Translations under genes and position numbers: made by a program
In this document: piece after piece, positions 8,465 to 18,967 of the stretch
Position numbering within the stretch: the stretch's first letter is position 1
Layout: each line of letters starts with the position of its first letter
Assembly (NCBI GenBank): GCA_963555825.3
Contig: CAUVXB020000002.1
Coordinates: 256,001 to 320,000 of the forward strand
DNA: 64,000 nt
Source of the DNA: Alphaproteobacteria bacterium
GTDB lineage: Bacteria; Pseudomonadota; Alphaproteobacteria; JAAXGF01
Direction of reading: 5' to 3'
The notes under the pieces: model-generated
Databases searched by the model: none
The model's input: the letters and a program-made list of their open reading frames with translations, nothing else
Told to the model about the DNA's origin: nothing

Positions 8465-9774
8465 CGTTCCGACTCGCCGATCGCGGCCATCTTCCGGCGC
8501 CGGCGGCGCGCGAAGAAGCCGAGGATTGGCTCGGGCGGCAGCCACGCCGGCTTCGGCACCGAGAGCTGAATATCGAGCAGCTCCGAACCGGCGCCGACGA
8601 TCATGTCGGCGAGCAGGCCGCCCGCGGTCGTGCCGCGGGCCAGGTTGGCGCCGTTGCAGGCGATCGAGCCCCAAATGCCGTCGTCGAGCCGGCCGAAGAT
8701 GTGGCCGCCATTGCGCGTGCTGCCGACGATGCCGCCCCAGGTGTCGACGATCTCGACGCCGGCGAGCCCCGGCCAGCGCTTGGCGATCGAGGCGCGGTGC
8801 TGCGCGCGCATCTCGACCAGCGTCGCGGCCTCGATGCGTTGGCCGGGGAGGTATGAGAAGCCGTTGCGCATGAGGATGCGGTTGTCGGTGGTGCGCCGCA
8901 CCGTTGAGCCCCCGACGACGCCGGGCAATATGCCCCAGGGCCCCGCGTCACCGACCGCGTCGAGCTCGGCGCCGGAAAGCGGCCGGGTCAAACTCGCAAA
9001 CAGCGCGCCCGGCGCCATGCGATTGCGCCCGAACCCGAGCGCGGGCGAGAACGTATTGGTGCAGAGGACCAGCCCGTCGGTCTCGATCTCGCCGTCCGCG
9101 ACGGTCAGGCGGAGAGGCCGGCCTCGATTAATTTCGACGACCGGCGTCTGTTCGTAGACATCGACGTTGTTGGGCAGCGTGCGCGCGAGCCCGCGGCACA
9201 GCGCCGCCGGCTGCACCAGAACGGTGCCGTCGGCGATGACGCCCGAGGTATAGAAGTCCGTGCCGGTGAGCCCCGCCAGCGCCGCCCGGTCGAGCGGCCG
9301 GGCCTCATGTCCGAGCATCTCGAGCCCGTTTGCGCGGTCGTGTACGCCCTCGTCGCCGAGCTCACCGGCCCCTGCCCAGAGCATGCCGAACTCGTGCCAC
9401 TGGCACTCGATCTGGTTCTTGCCGACCAGATGGCGGAGCGTCTCGACGCCGTGCGCGTGCAAGCGCGCATCGCGAAACAGCGTCTCCGGATCGTTGCCGT
9501 GGCCCGTCGCGCGCATGAAATTGCAGTGCAGCAGGAAGCCCGAGTTCCGCCCCGATGTGCCGCCGCCGACGCGTTCCGCCTCGACCAGCAAAATGTGCTT
9601 GTCGGGCAGATGCTCGGCGAGTCGCCGGGCGGCGGCGAGCCCGGTCACGCCCGCCCCGACGACGGCCCAGTCGGCCTTGACCGTGCCGGTGACGCGCCGT
9701 GCCGGCGGCGGGTCGGGCAAGGCGTTGAACCAGCCGTTGCCGGTGCCGAAGTTGGGGGTCAGTGTTTCGGCCAT
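8461..9774 (-). CDS. FAD-dependent oxidoreductase, DAO/PuuB-like amine oxidase family
   Basis: VVGAGVTGLAAARRLAE, GTSGRNSGF, VQPAALCRGLA. Confidence 0.85.
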   Translation of the reverse strand: MAETLTPNFGTGNGWFNALPDPPPARRVTGTVKADWAVVGAGVTGLAAARRLAEHLPDKHILLVEAERVGGGTSGRNSGFLLHCNFMRATGHGNDPETLFRDARLHAHGVETLRHLVGKNQIECQWHEFGMLWAGAGELGDEGVHDRANGLEMLGHEARPLDRAALAGLTGTDFYTSGVIADGTVLVQPAALCRGLARTLPNNVDVYEQTPVVEINRGRPLRLTVADGEIETDGLVLCTNTFSPALGFGRNRMAPGALFASLTRPLSGAELDAVGDAGPWGILPGVVGGSTVRRTTDNRILMRNGFSYLPGQRIEAATLVEMRAQHRASIAKRWPGLAGVEIVDTWGGIVGSTRNGGHIFGRLDDGIWGSIACNGANLARGTTAGGLLADMIVGAGSELLDIQLSVPKPAWLPPEPILGFFARRRRRKMAAIGESER

Positions 9775-9809
9775 CAGGCCCACTCCTCGTCCAAACCGTT
9801 CGAGGTCGA

Positions 9810-10376
9810 TCAGTCGGCCCAGACCTCGCCGTCGAGCGTTATCCCCAAACCGAGGATCGTGCGATTGGCATAGGCGAAGTAGCCGGCCACCTGATTGACC
9901 TCGAGAATTTCGCCGTCGTTCGCGCCGGCGTTGCGCAGTTCCCGAATCGTCTGTTCGGTGACCGACGTTGGCTCGCGTGTGACCGTCGCCGCGTAGCGCA
10001 ACAGCGCCAGATGCTTGCCGTCGAACGCGTCGTCGATTCTGTCGTCGAGCAGCGCGTCGACGATGGCGCGCCATTCGCCGGTCTCGCCCTCGAAGGCCAA
10101 GCCGCCGTAATGGTCATGATGGTCGATGCAGTATGCGCAGCGATTCAGCGCGCTCACATGGACGCCGACGGCCTCGAGGAACCAGAGCGGCAGCTCGTTG
10201 GCGGTATGGCCGAGCACGGCGCGGTAGAACGCCATATGACCCTCGAGCAGATGCGGCCGGAGCGAATGCGCGGTGATGATGTTGGACACCGTGTCGTTCG
10301 GCCGCTTGTAGCGATCGTAGAGCGTCTTGAGACGACCGCTGGCGTCCTCGAACGGCACGAAATCGATCCAGGTCAT
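9810..10376 (-). CDS. AhpD / carboxymuconolactone decarboxylase family peroxidase-related protein
   Basis: E...VSALNRCAYCIDHH CxxC motif. Confidence 0.85.
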   Translation of the reverse strand: MTWIDFVPFEDASGRLKTLYDRYKRPNDTVSNIITAHSLRPHLLEGHMAFYRAVLGHTANELPLWFLEAVGVHVSALNRCAYCIDHHDHYGGLAFEGETGEWRAIVDALLDDRIDDAFDGKHLALLRYAATVTREPTSVTEQTIRELRNAGANDGEILEVNQVAGYFAYANRTILGLGITLDGEVWAD

Positions 10377-10685
10377 GGCATCCCCCCGCTTCCCTCGGCG
10401 CCATCATGCGCCGGATGCGTGGCCGACGCCAACGGCCCCGCCGGGCTACTCGATACGGAAGTGCGCGTCGCGCGGCGTCAGCTCGGGTCCGTTGATCGGC
10501 GTGATGTCCTGCGGACAGGCGGAGAAGACGACTACCAGGTCCATCTCGGCGCGCAGCACGAGATCGTCGCCGGGCTTCGAGGCGGGCGCCCGCCGGTCGA
10601 TCGCGCCGTTCTCCACGACAGGCGTGTTCATGAACAGGTTCAAGGGGTTCGGCGTTTCGGCCACGGCGATGCCGAGCGCCGCCAA

Positions 10686-12339
10686 GGGTGTGGGTCTGGT
10701 ATGGAAAATCTAAGTCATTGATTTAGTGCGTTTTTTGTGTCGAGACGAACGGCCGAAATCGGCTATTCGTGACAATGGGCCGCTCCAAGGCAGGATTTTG
10801 TTACGACGGCAGGGTCGAGCAGGGGAAGGTGGGAACGCTCCGCACCGCCAGAAGCGGTACGATGCCGTGTCTCGAAACCCAACATCGGGAGCATTCCCAT
10901 GGCAGTATCCCCGCCTCCGGCGCCTTCGTCCATCGATCTTTCCGGCCTGCCTCCTCGGGTCGTCGAGGCGGCCGCCCGGGTGCTCGCACTGTGTCGCGAG
11001 GAGCTTCGTTCCGAGCCGCGCCCCGAGGCGCCCGAGGAGGTCGAGTTGCGGGTGCGTGAGGCCACGAACGAGTTCGCTCGCGATGTCATGGGCGCCGTCA
11101 TCGAGAACCGGGACGATGGCGCTTCCCGGATCGAGCGGGACGGGCAGAGCTGGTTCCGGGTCGCGGTGACGCCGAAGACGATCATGACCTCGCTCGGTCC
11201 GGTGACCTACCGGCGAGCGCGTTACCGCAGCGGCGCGAGCGGGGCATCGCCGGTGCCGGTCGACGAGAGCCTGGGCCTCGTCGACGATTACCTGACGCGG
11301 CCGGCGGCCGAGCTCGGTCTGCTGATGATGGGTCACTGCACGGCCCGGGAAGCGGCGGCGTTCTTTGCGAAGACCGGCGCCATGACGCCGTCGGTGAGCA
11401 CCCTGCAGCGCCTGACCCTGAGCATGCACGAATGCTGGGAGAGCCTCGGCCCGGAGACGCTGGGCAGCATCCGTGAGGCCGAGGGCATACCGCAGGACGC
11501 GACCACCGCCTCGGTCTCCCTCGACGGCGTCATGGTGCCGCTGAGACCCGGCGAGGACGGTCGCGCCAAGGCCTCCTGGCGCGAGGCTGCCTGCGGCACG
11601 GTCTCCTTCCACGACGCCGAGGGCAAGCGCCTGAAGACCCTCTATCTCGGCCGCATGCCGGAGAGCGGCAAGCTCACGCTGAAGGCGCAGCTTGCAAGCG
11701 AAGTCGCACACATCAGGCGAGCACGCCCCGAGATCGGGATCGTCGCTATCGCCGATGGCGCCGCCGACAACTGGACCTTCCTGGAGACCCTGTCGCCCGA
11801 AACCGAGGTGATCGACTTCTGGCATGCTTGCGAACATCTGCAAACCGCGTCCGACCATGCCGTGGCGCCCGGCTGGTTCGAGAAGTACCGCGAGATCCTC
11901 CGTCACGATCCCCGTGGCGTCGCCAAGGTGATCCGGGCGCTGCGCCACCTTCGCGATGCCGCCGCTGCGCCGGACCGGGCCGAGACCGAGCGGGAACTCG
12001 CCTTCTTCCGCAAGCATCGCCATCGCATGCGCTACCACGCCCTGAAGGAAGAGGGCATCGCCATCGGCTCAGGCGTGGTCGAAGCTGCCAACAAGACCCT
12101 GGTGACACAGCGCATGAAGCGCTCCGGCATGCGCTGGCGGATCGTCGGCGGACAGGCTGTTCTGACCTTCCGCGCCCTGATCAAATCCGGCCGCTTCGAG
12201 CGGGCATGGAAGGCCCTGATCAGCGCAACCGACACACCGGCCAACGACAACATCAGTCCACGTGCAGCAGCCATGGCAATCGCTGCCTGAACTCAACGAA
12301 CCAAGCCGCAGACATCACTGCCATGCGAGACTCGCACCC
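10686..12339 (+). mobile_element. ISKra4-like (IS256 superfamily) insertion sequence
   Basis: Inverted repeat GGGTGTGGGTCTGGTATGG vs GGGTGCGAGTCTCGCATGG. 8-bp duplication GCCGCCAA at 10678-10685 and 12340-12347. IHF-like site near 10710-10725. Confidence 0.9.
10899..12290 (+). CDS. ISKra4-family DDE transposase
   Basis: VSLDG, IADGA, DFWHACEHL, IGSGVVEAANK...RMKRSGMRW. Confidence 0.9.
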   Translation: MAVSPPPAPSSIDLSGLPPRVVEAAARVLALCREELRSEPRPEAPEEVELRVREATNEFARDVMGAVIENRDDGASRIERDGQSWFRVAVTPKTIMTSLGPVTYRRARYRSGASGASPVPVDESLGLVDDYLTRPAAELGLLMMGHCTAREAAAFFAKTGAMTPSVSTLQRLTLSMHECWESLGPETLGSIREAEGIPQDATTASVSLDGVMVPLRPGEDGRAKASWREAACGTVSFHDAEGKRLKTLYLGRMPESGKLTLKAQLASEVAHIRRARPEIGIVAIADGAADNWTFLETLSPETEVIDFWHACEHLQTASDHAVAPGWFEKYREILRHDPRGVAKVIRALRHLRDAAAAPDRAETERELAFFRKHRHRMRYHALKEEGIAIGSGVVEAANKTLVTQRMKRSGMRWRIVGGQAVLTFRALIKSGRFERAWKALISATDTPANDNISPRAAAMAIAA

Positions 12340-12791
12340 GCCGCCAATGCCTCGTGAAGGTTGTCCTCGCAGTTTCGGTGGTAGGCCTCGACGCCGAGTT
12401 CCCGGTAGATCTCGCGGCTGCAGGCGCAGAGCAGCGTGTCATGCAGGCCGGGCGAATTGTCCTCGACCAGGGTCAACATGGGCCGCCGCCGGTTGCTCAC
12501 CTGGGCGTCGCCGACCGCCGGATAGATGCGGCTGTTGACCGAGCGCGAATGCGCCATCGACATGTGCTCGGCCGCATCGGCCGCGTTGAACGCCCAGGTG
12601 TCGAGCACTTGCGTGCCATGCGTGTTGATCACGCGCACGCACTGCCTCGCCGCGACACGGGCGGCGATGCCTTGCGCGGCCGGAATGCGGATCCTCTCTT
12701 CTGCGTTCATGTCCCCTCCTTCTGTCGATTGGACGATTGTGCCGAACAATGCAATGGTTTGCGCGGAATTCGTCGTGATGGAGGCCCGACC

Positions 12792-14585
12792 ATGCGCGCC
12801 ATCGTCGTTGAGAGGCCCGGCGGCCTCGAGGCGCTCGAGCTGCGCCAGGTTGCCGAGCCCGAGATCGGACCGGACGACGTGCTGATCGACGTCGCCTATT
12901 GTGGCTGCAATTGGGCTGATACCCAGCGGCGCGCCGGCAGCTACCCGCATCCGGTCGATTATCCCGACATCATCGGGCGCGAGGTCGCGGGCACCGTCGC
13001 CGAGCTCGGCGACGCCGTCGAGGGCCTCGCGCTCGGCGACCGCGTCGCGGCGAGCGCCTGGAGCGGCGGCTACGCCGAGCGCTGCGCCGCCAAGGCCGAT
13101 ATGGTGACGCTGCTGCCCGACGCGGTGCCGCTCGACGTCGGCGCCGCGTTCCAGGTCCAGGGACAGACCGCCTATCACATGCTCCATACGGTCTATGGCG
13201 TGAAGGCGGGCGACACGGTTCTGGTTCACGCCGCCGGTGGCGGCGTCGGCCTGATGGTCGTCCAGCTCGCGGTTCACGCCGGCGCCACGGTCATCGGCAC
13301 GGCGACCGGCAGGCCGGCCTATCATCCTTGCGATTTGTTGAAGCTCTACATCTACGGCTATCTCAACCGGGTTCAGTCGAGCCGTCGGCTCGAGAGGGAG
13401 GCCGGGCGCAATGTGGAAGTGATGTGGCTGGTCGGCCGGCTGGCGCCGGATCACAAGACGATCGCCGACTTCCGCAAGGACAACGGCCGTGCGATCCGCA
13501 AGGTCTGCGCCCGGTTCGTCGCGCTGTGCCGGCAACTCGGGCTGTTCGCCGAGGCGAGCGTGGCGATCGATGGCTCGAAGTTCAAGGCGGTCAACAGCCG
13601 GGACAGGAACTTCACGCGGGCCAAGATGGCGCGGCGGGTGGCGCAGATCGAGGAGAGCGTTGCGCGCTATCTGGACCAGTTGGACAGCGCCGACCGGCAA
13701 GAGCCGTCGCTGGCGCGCACGACCAAGACGACTCGTCTGGCCGACAAGATCGCGATCCTCAAGGAGGAGATGCGGCGCCTGAAGGCGCTTGAAGTCGAGC
13801 GGCGTGCGAGCCCGGACCAGCAGATCTCTCTGAGCGATCCCGATGCCCGCTCGATGGCGACGAGCGGCCGGGGTTCCGGCGTGGTCGGCTACAACGTTCA
13901 GGCCGCCGTCGACACCAAGCACCACCTGATCGTCGCCCACGAGGTGACCAATCAGGGCACCGACCGCGCCCAGCTCTCAGCCATGGCGAAGCGGACCAAG
14001 GCGGCTCTGGAGACCGACGAGTTGGATGTCGTTGCCGATCGCGGCTACTACAACGGCAAGGAGATTCTGGCCTGCGATGAGGCCGGCATCACCGTCACAT
14101 TGCCTAAGCCGCTGACCTCTGGAGCCAAGGCCAAGGGCCGCTTCGGCAAACAGGACTTCGTCTATCTGGCCGCCGACGATGTCTATCGCTGCCCGGCCGG
14201 CGAGCGTTTGGTCTACCGCTTCACCAGCCAGGAGAGGGGGCTGAGCATGCAGCGCTACTGGACCAACGCCTGTCAGGGATGCGCCATCAAGCATCGCTGC
14301 ACCACGGCCAAGCAGCGCCGCATCACCCGTTGGCAGCACGAACACATTCTCGAGGCCGTCGAGAGGCGGCTCGACGAGCACCCGGAGGCGATGCGTCGGC
14401 GGCGCGAGACGGCCGAGCATCCCTTCGGCACCCTCAAGGCCTGGATGGGCGCGACGCACTTCCAGATGAAGACGCTGAAGCGGGTGAGGACCGAGATGGC
14501 CTTGCACGTGCTGGCCTACAATCTCAAGCGCGTCATGAACATCATGGGCATCGACCCGCTGATCGCGGCGATCAGGACGGCATAG
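12792..14585 (+). pseudogene. Chimeric ORF: 5' half of an MDR-family quinone oxidoreductase fused in frame to an N-truncated IS1182-family transposase
   Basis: MRAIVVERPGG...GREVAG...VLVHAAGGGVG...VIGT continues directly into ATGRPAYHP..LLKLYIYGYLNRVQSSRRLERE...EHPFGTLK. Confidence 0.85.
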
Positions 14586-14767
14586 GCGCCCCTGCGCCGA
14601 CAATTACGCCTATACCCGGCCACATCGCGGCTCACAACGGCGCCAGCCGGCCGAAAAGCCCGCACGAGCGGCGAAAATCCATAATCCCGGAAAACACGTC
14701 CCGACTGATCATCCAAACCCAAAGACGCGCCACACAGAAATAGCAGCAAACGTTTTCACACAGGCTG
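13302..14767 (+). mobile_element. IS1182-family element remnant (left end and transposase N-terminus missing)
   Basis: Transposase motifs (IDGSKFKA, GYNVQ, VADRGYY). Right-end-like sequence GTTTTCACACAGGCTG at 14752-14767. Confidence 0.8.
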
Positions 14768-14830
14768 GACCCTCGGCTGACCTTGGTAGGGCACAATCAG
14801 CCCAGTAACTCGGAAACCAGGAGAAAAATT

Positions 14831-15562
14831 ATGCCCCAACCAGTGTGTGCGATCGTCGGTGCCGGCGAGGGTCTCGGCCGCTCGCTGGCGGCCAAGTTCG
14901 CCGGCGAAGGATTCGACATCGCCCTGATCTCGCGGTCCGAGAAAGGCAGCAGCGCCGCGGCCGCGGCAGCAGCCGGGGCCAACGCCGGGGCGAACGTCAA
15001 ATTCTTTGCGGCCGACGCCACGCAGCCGGACACCATCGAACAGGCGCTCGCAAACATCGTCGGTGAAATGGGCGAAGTGGACGTCCTCATTTACAATGCC
15101 CGCGGCAGTTTCACGTTACACGAACCCCTCGAGATGACCTACGCGGAACTCGACGAGGTCTTCCGTCTGGAGGTCGTCGGTGCCTTCGCGGCGGCCAAAT
15201 CGGTGCTGCCCGCCATGCGGCAACGTAGGCGTGGCAGCGTGCTGTTCTCGAGCGCGACCGCCGCGCTGCGCGGCTCGGCCACGCATCCGCTCTATGCCAT
15301 CGGCAAGTTCGGGCTGCGCGCGTTGTCGCAATGTCTGGCCAAGGCCTATTCGAAGGACGGCGTGCACATCGTGCACGTCAGGCTGGACTGCGATCTGGAC
15401 GTGCCGTTGATGCGCGACTACCACGGCGACAGCTTCAATCCCGAGACAGCGGCGAACACCGACGATGTGGCGGAAACCTATTGGTGGGCGCACCAACAGC
15501 CAAAATCCGCCTGGAGCAACGAGATCGAACTCAGGCCCTATACGGAGCGGTGGACCTGTTAA
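14831..15562 (+). CDS. Short-chain dehydrogenase/reductase
   Basis: IVGAGEGLGRSLA, VLIYNA, YAIGK. RBS AGGAG upstream. Confidence 0.88.
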   Translation: MPQPVCAIVGAGEGLGRSLAAKFAGEGFDIALISRSEKGSSAAAAAAAGANAGANVKFFAADATQPDTIEQALANIVGEMGEVDVLIYNARGSFTLHEPLEMTYAELDEVFRLEVVGAFAAAKSVLPAMRQRRRGSVLFSSATAALRGSATHPLYAIGKFGLRALSQCLAKAYSKDGVHIVHVRLDCDLDVPLMRDYHGDSFNPETAANTDDVAETYWWAHQQPKSAWSNEIELRPYTERWTC

Positions 15563-15585
15563 TCACAATCGCTTCTTCCCAGCGA

Positions 15586-16431
15586 TCAACCCGGCGGACC
15601 TTCCTCGAACGTTGGCAGGTCATCGGTGATTTCGTGCCAGCCGGCCTTGTAGGCGACGAATATGTGGTCGACCGGCTTGATGCCGGGATCGTCATCCAAT
15701 GCACCCAATGGAATGACCGCAACTTTGCGCTCGGCGTCGAGGCGCGGCATGGCCGAGCTGCAAATGTCGCAGAAGACTTGGGTGAAGTAGCGCGCGTCGG
15801 GAAGTTTGTAGCTCTTCAGGTGGTCCTCGCCCTTGAGGAAACGGACGCCGTCCATGGACGTGAAGCCGTTGCTCGCGTGAGCGGCCGCGCGCGCGTGACG
15901 ACAGCGCGAACAATGACAATTGTGCGCCACCTTGAACGGCTCGGTGACATGGAACTCGATGGCGCCGCATTGACAGCTACCTCGGACAACGCCCTCCGGC
16001 CCGTCGGCAAGCAGCTTGCCATCGACGCTCGGGAGTCCGGATTCAACGGGGTAGGCATCGTGGCGCGGCAAATCGCCGGTCACGTCGTGCCATGGCGCGC
16101 TGTCGACCACGAAGATATTGCAGTCAGCCTTCTTGCCCTGGTCGTGGCAGCCGGCGGGCGCAACCCAGAAATCACGACTATCACTCGGATACGGCACCAC
16201 CGAGCCGCAGACATCACATGAGCATCGGGTCAAGGAGTGAGACGAGCGGTAGTGAATGATGCTGTCCGTATCGCTCGTCCAGCGGAACTGATCGGGGCGT
16301 ACGAAGTAATAGGTGCCGAACGGCGTGCCGTGAATTTTTTGGCACATCACACAGTGGCAGTTGTAGGCGGCATATGGTTCGCCAGTCAGTTCCCAGGTAA
16401 CGCTGCCACACAAGCAATTTCCTTCGTTCAT
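15586..16431 (-). CDS. Tandem double GFA (glutathione-dependent formaldehyde-activating-like) domain protein
   Basis: Two GxCxCG...CHCxxC...CxxC modules. Confidence 0.88.
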   Translation of the reverse strand: MNEGNCLCGSVTWELTGEPYAAYNCHCVMCQKIHGTPFGTYYFVRPDQFRWTSDTDSIIHYRSSHSLTRCSCDVCGSVVPYPSDSRDFWVAPAGCHDQGKKADCNIFVVDSAPWHDVTGDLPRHDAYPVESGLPSVDGKLLADGPEGVVRGSCQCGAIEFHVTEPFKVAHNCHCSRCRHARAAAHASNGFTSMDGVRFLKGEDHLKSYKLPDARYFTQVFCDICSSAMPRLDAERKVAVIPLGALDDDPGIKPVDHIFVAYKAGWHEITDDLPTFEEGPPG

Positions 16432-16434
16432 CGC

Positions 16435-16740
16435 TCAGCTCCTCGAGTACAGATGCGATTCGCACCCCGCGCAGGCAATCGCGCCCTCCACATTGGGGTC
16501 TGCGCCCGCCGACAACAGTAGGCGCACCATCTCGGACTGGTTGGCGAAAAGCGCCCAATGCAGCGGCGTGCCAACGGCATCCGCTGCGTTGACGTCGACG
16601 CCGTCGTCGAGCAATTGCCCGACACGTTTCGTGTCACCTGCCATTGCAGCTTCGTGGATCGGGGCGGCCTCAAGCTCCGTCGTGTATCCGATGATCGTCC
16701 ATACCAGGAGCGCCCCTAGCCCGAACAGTCTCTTCGGCAT
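16435..16740 (-). pseudogene. Secreted ankyrin-repeat protein, probably 3'-truncated
   Basis: Signal-like N-terminus; PIHEAAMAGD..VGQLLDDGVDVN and GTPLHWAL...VRLLLSAGADPN. The sequence ends abruptly after two repeats. Confidence 0.6.
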
Positions 16741-16838
16741 TTTTCCCCCTGGCCAGACACTTTGGACGGCAATCGTGTCATACAGCGGATTGATTGCCTA
16801 GGTAAGTTGGTCCCGGACCCGAACGCCGGCTTTTGGCT

Positions 16839-16999
16839 GAGGCTGTTGAAAAAGTCGGTAGCGGAACCAAACTCGCCAATTTCCCGGAACCAATGAGAAT
16901 TCGATTTCAATGAAATCAAAGACTTAGGAAAACACCGATTTCGGAGAATTGGCCAATTCAGGCTTAAAATGGATGTTTCGGGACTTTTTCAACAGCCTC
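16839..16999. mobile_element. 161-bp MITE with IS1182/IS5-type ends
   Basis: Perfect 18-bp inverted repeat GAGGCTGTTGAAAAAGTC/GACTTTTTCAACAGCCTC. 4-bp duplication GGCT (16835-16838, 17000-17003). AT-rich interior with IHF-like AATCAAAGACTTA. Confidence 0.85.
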
Positions 17000-17156
17000 G
17001 GCTAGAAGGAGACTCTGAGCGGTCGTGTTGGTCTGCGTCCGCTTGCCGCGCGGAAGCGGACAATGAGCGGCCGACTATCGTTGCCTCCGGAGGAACTCTC
17101 GGCCGACCGCGCCTGGCCCCGCCGCTTCGTGCGTTTCGCCGCCAGCGCCCGGCCGG

Positions 17157-18808
17157 TCACTCGGCGGCGGTTTGCGCGCAAAAGCACGACGCGTTGACCG
17201 GCACGTCCGCGCGCGCGGCGGCGAGGTCGAGGCGCTGCTTGATAAGCCGTGCCTCGACGGTCTCGCCGCGGCGCTCGAGGCACTCGTGGAGACCGCGCAG
17301 GCTCCAGACATTGTCCGGATGCACCGTCGCGCGGCTTAGGCTCCCGCCGAGGCCGAGGTCCTCGCGATAGACCGCCTCCGCCTCGGCGACCCGGCCCTGC
17401 TCAAGGAGCAGCGCGCCGAGCGCATGACGGGTCGGCTGGATCCAGCCCCAGGGCTCGTCGTAGGGCAGCGCGTCGTCGAGTTCGACCGAACGCCTGAGAT
17501 GCGCGAAAGCGGCCTCGAAGTCGCCCTTGCGGTAGTCGATCTCGCCGTTGAGCATCGCCTCGGCGATGGCGAGGAGGTCCTGGCAGGAATTGTTGTGGAG
17601 AAACCGGCTCTCGGGAACCTTCGCCCGCGCGGCGAGGAACAGCGCCTTCTCCTCTTCGGCGGCCTCCACCTCGTTTAGCGCCGCGTGGGCCACGCCCTTG
17701 GCATAATGCATCATCGCGATGGTGACGCAGTAGAGCTCCGTGTCGGCGGGCAGCGCCTCCGCAATGATCTCGCGCCATTTGCCGAACCGGATCTGTACGT
17801 GTTGTTTCATCGGGATGTAGGCCTCGATGAAATCGGCCATAGGCGGCGATGGCATCCGCAAGAGTTCCTCCGGCGTGGTTTCGATCAGTTCCTCCGCGGC
17901 GGCCAGGGCGGGCGCGTACTGGCCGAGGAACATCGCGCCGTATATTGCGAAGTGGTAGTTGTGAACCCGGTAGCCCGAATAGAAATTCATCGCGCCGGCC
18001 TTCTCGAGATACTTCCGGTCTGCCTCGCTTGCGCGCTGATTGTCGACGAGCACGTCGTGGTAGTGACCGCAGAGCACGTCGATATGGGTTGGCATGTGGA
18101 TCAGGTGTCCTGCGTCGGGGACCAGCGTGCGCAGGATGTCCCCAGCCCTGAGCGCCAGTTCCGGGAATGGCGACATCTCCATTAGGTGCACGTAGAGGTG
18201 AAGGATGCCGGGATGCTCCATCGCCGCCGGATCCTCGTGCATGGCGCGTTCCAGCACGTCGCGCGCCTCGAGCGTGCCCGCCCCTTCGGCGACGCCGCCG
18301 GTCTTCAGGTCCCACATCTTCCAGGGCGTGCGATTCATGATCGCCTCGACGAAGATCGTGGCGACCTCGAGATCGTCGGGGTGCGCCCGGTAGGCCTCGC
18401 GCATGGCGTCAGTGAAGGCGTCGTTCCAGGGCGATTGGTCCTCGATCGGCGTGCGCTGCGGGTAGCGCGCGGGCAGCGCCTCGATCATGGCGCGCTCGGC
18501 GGGGGTGACCTTGTCGGCGAGTGCGCGCGCCGCGGCCGTGGCGTCGAAAGCGTCGGCCAGCGCGGTCGCCATGCCTTCCGCGTCGAACAGCTCCCAGGGC
18601 ATGTTGTAGTTGGGCCGACCGCATAGGCGATGCCCCATTGTGCCATCGCACAGTCCGGGTCGTGCTCCAGCGCCTTCTTGAAACACACGATCGCTTCCTC
18701 GTGGTGATATCCGTAGGTCCAGACGAGGCCGCGATCGAACCAAAGCTGGGCTTTGGGCGAGGCAGTCGTGATCGGTCGGCTATAGACATCGACGTCGTAA
18801 TAGCTCAT
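17157..18808 (-). pseudogene. TPR-containing helical protein (about 550 aa) with one frameshift near 18613
   Basis: 5' frame MSYYD...AQLWFDRGLVWTYGYHHEEA...WGIAYAVGP continues in another frame as NYNMPWE...HPGILHLYVHLMEMSP...GHLIHMPTHI. One C appears to be missing in GGCCC-AAC. Confidence 0.75.
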
Positions 18809-18967
18809 GGCATCCACCTTTTCGCGCGGAACCGCTCAGATCATCCAAAGATACATCACAGTGCCGCTCGCAACCACGGAAACAGGCCCGGGACCGGCAA
18901 ACGACAGGCCCGCAAGCCGCGCCGGAACGCAATCGGGACACGGTGCTCGAGCTAGTTCCCGGACCGC

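Larger units (their letters stand above)
10446..12710 (-). pseudogene. Urea carboxylase-associated (DUF1989) protein, split by an ISKra4-like IS (200 aa when restored)
   Basis: 5' part MNAEERIRIPAAQG...GTQVLDTWAFN...HDTLLCACS...HRNCEDNL and 3' part PNPLNLFMN...SACPQD. Joining 12710-12340 to 10677-10446 gives 603 nt in frame. Confidence 0.88.

Noticed and set aside
12354-12791. N-terminal extension of the 743-aa ORF
   Set aside because: It is antisense to the DUF1989 gene. The credible start is ATG 12792 after GGAGG.
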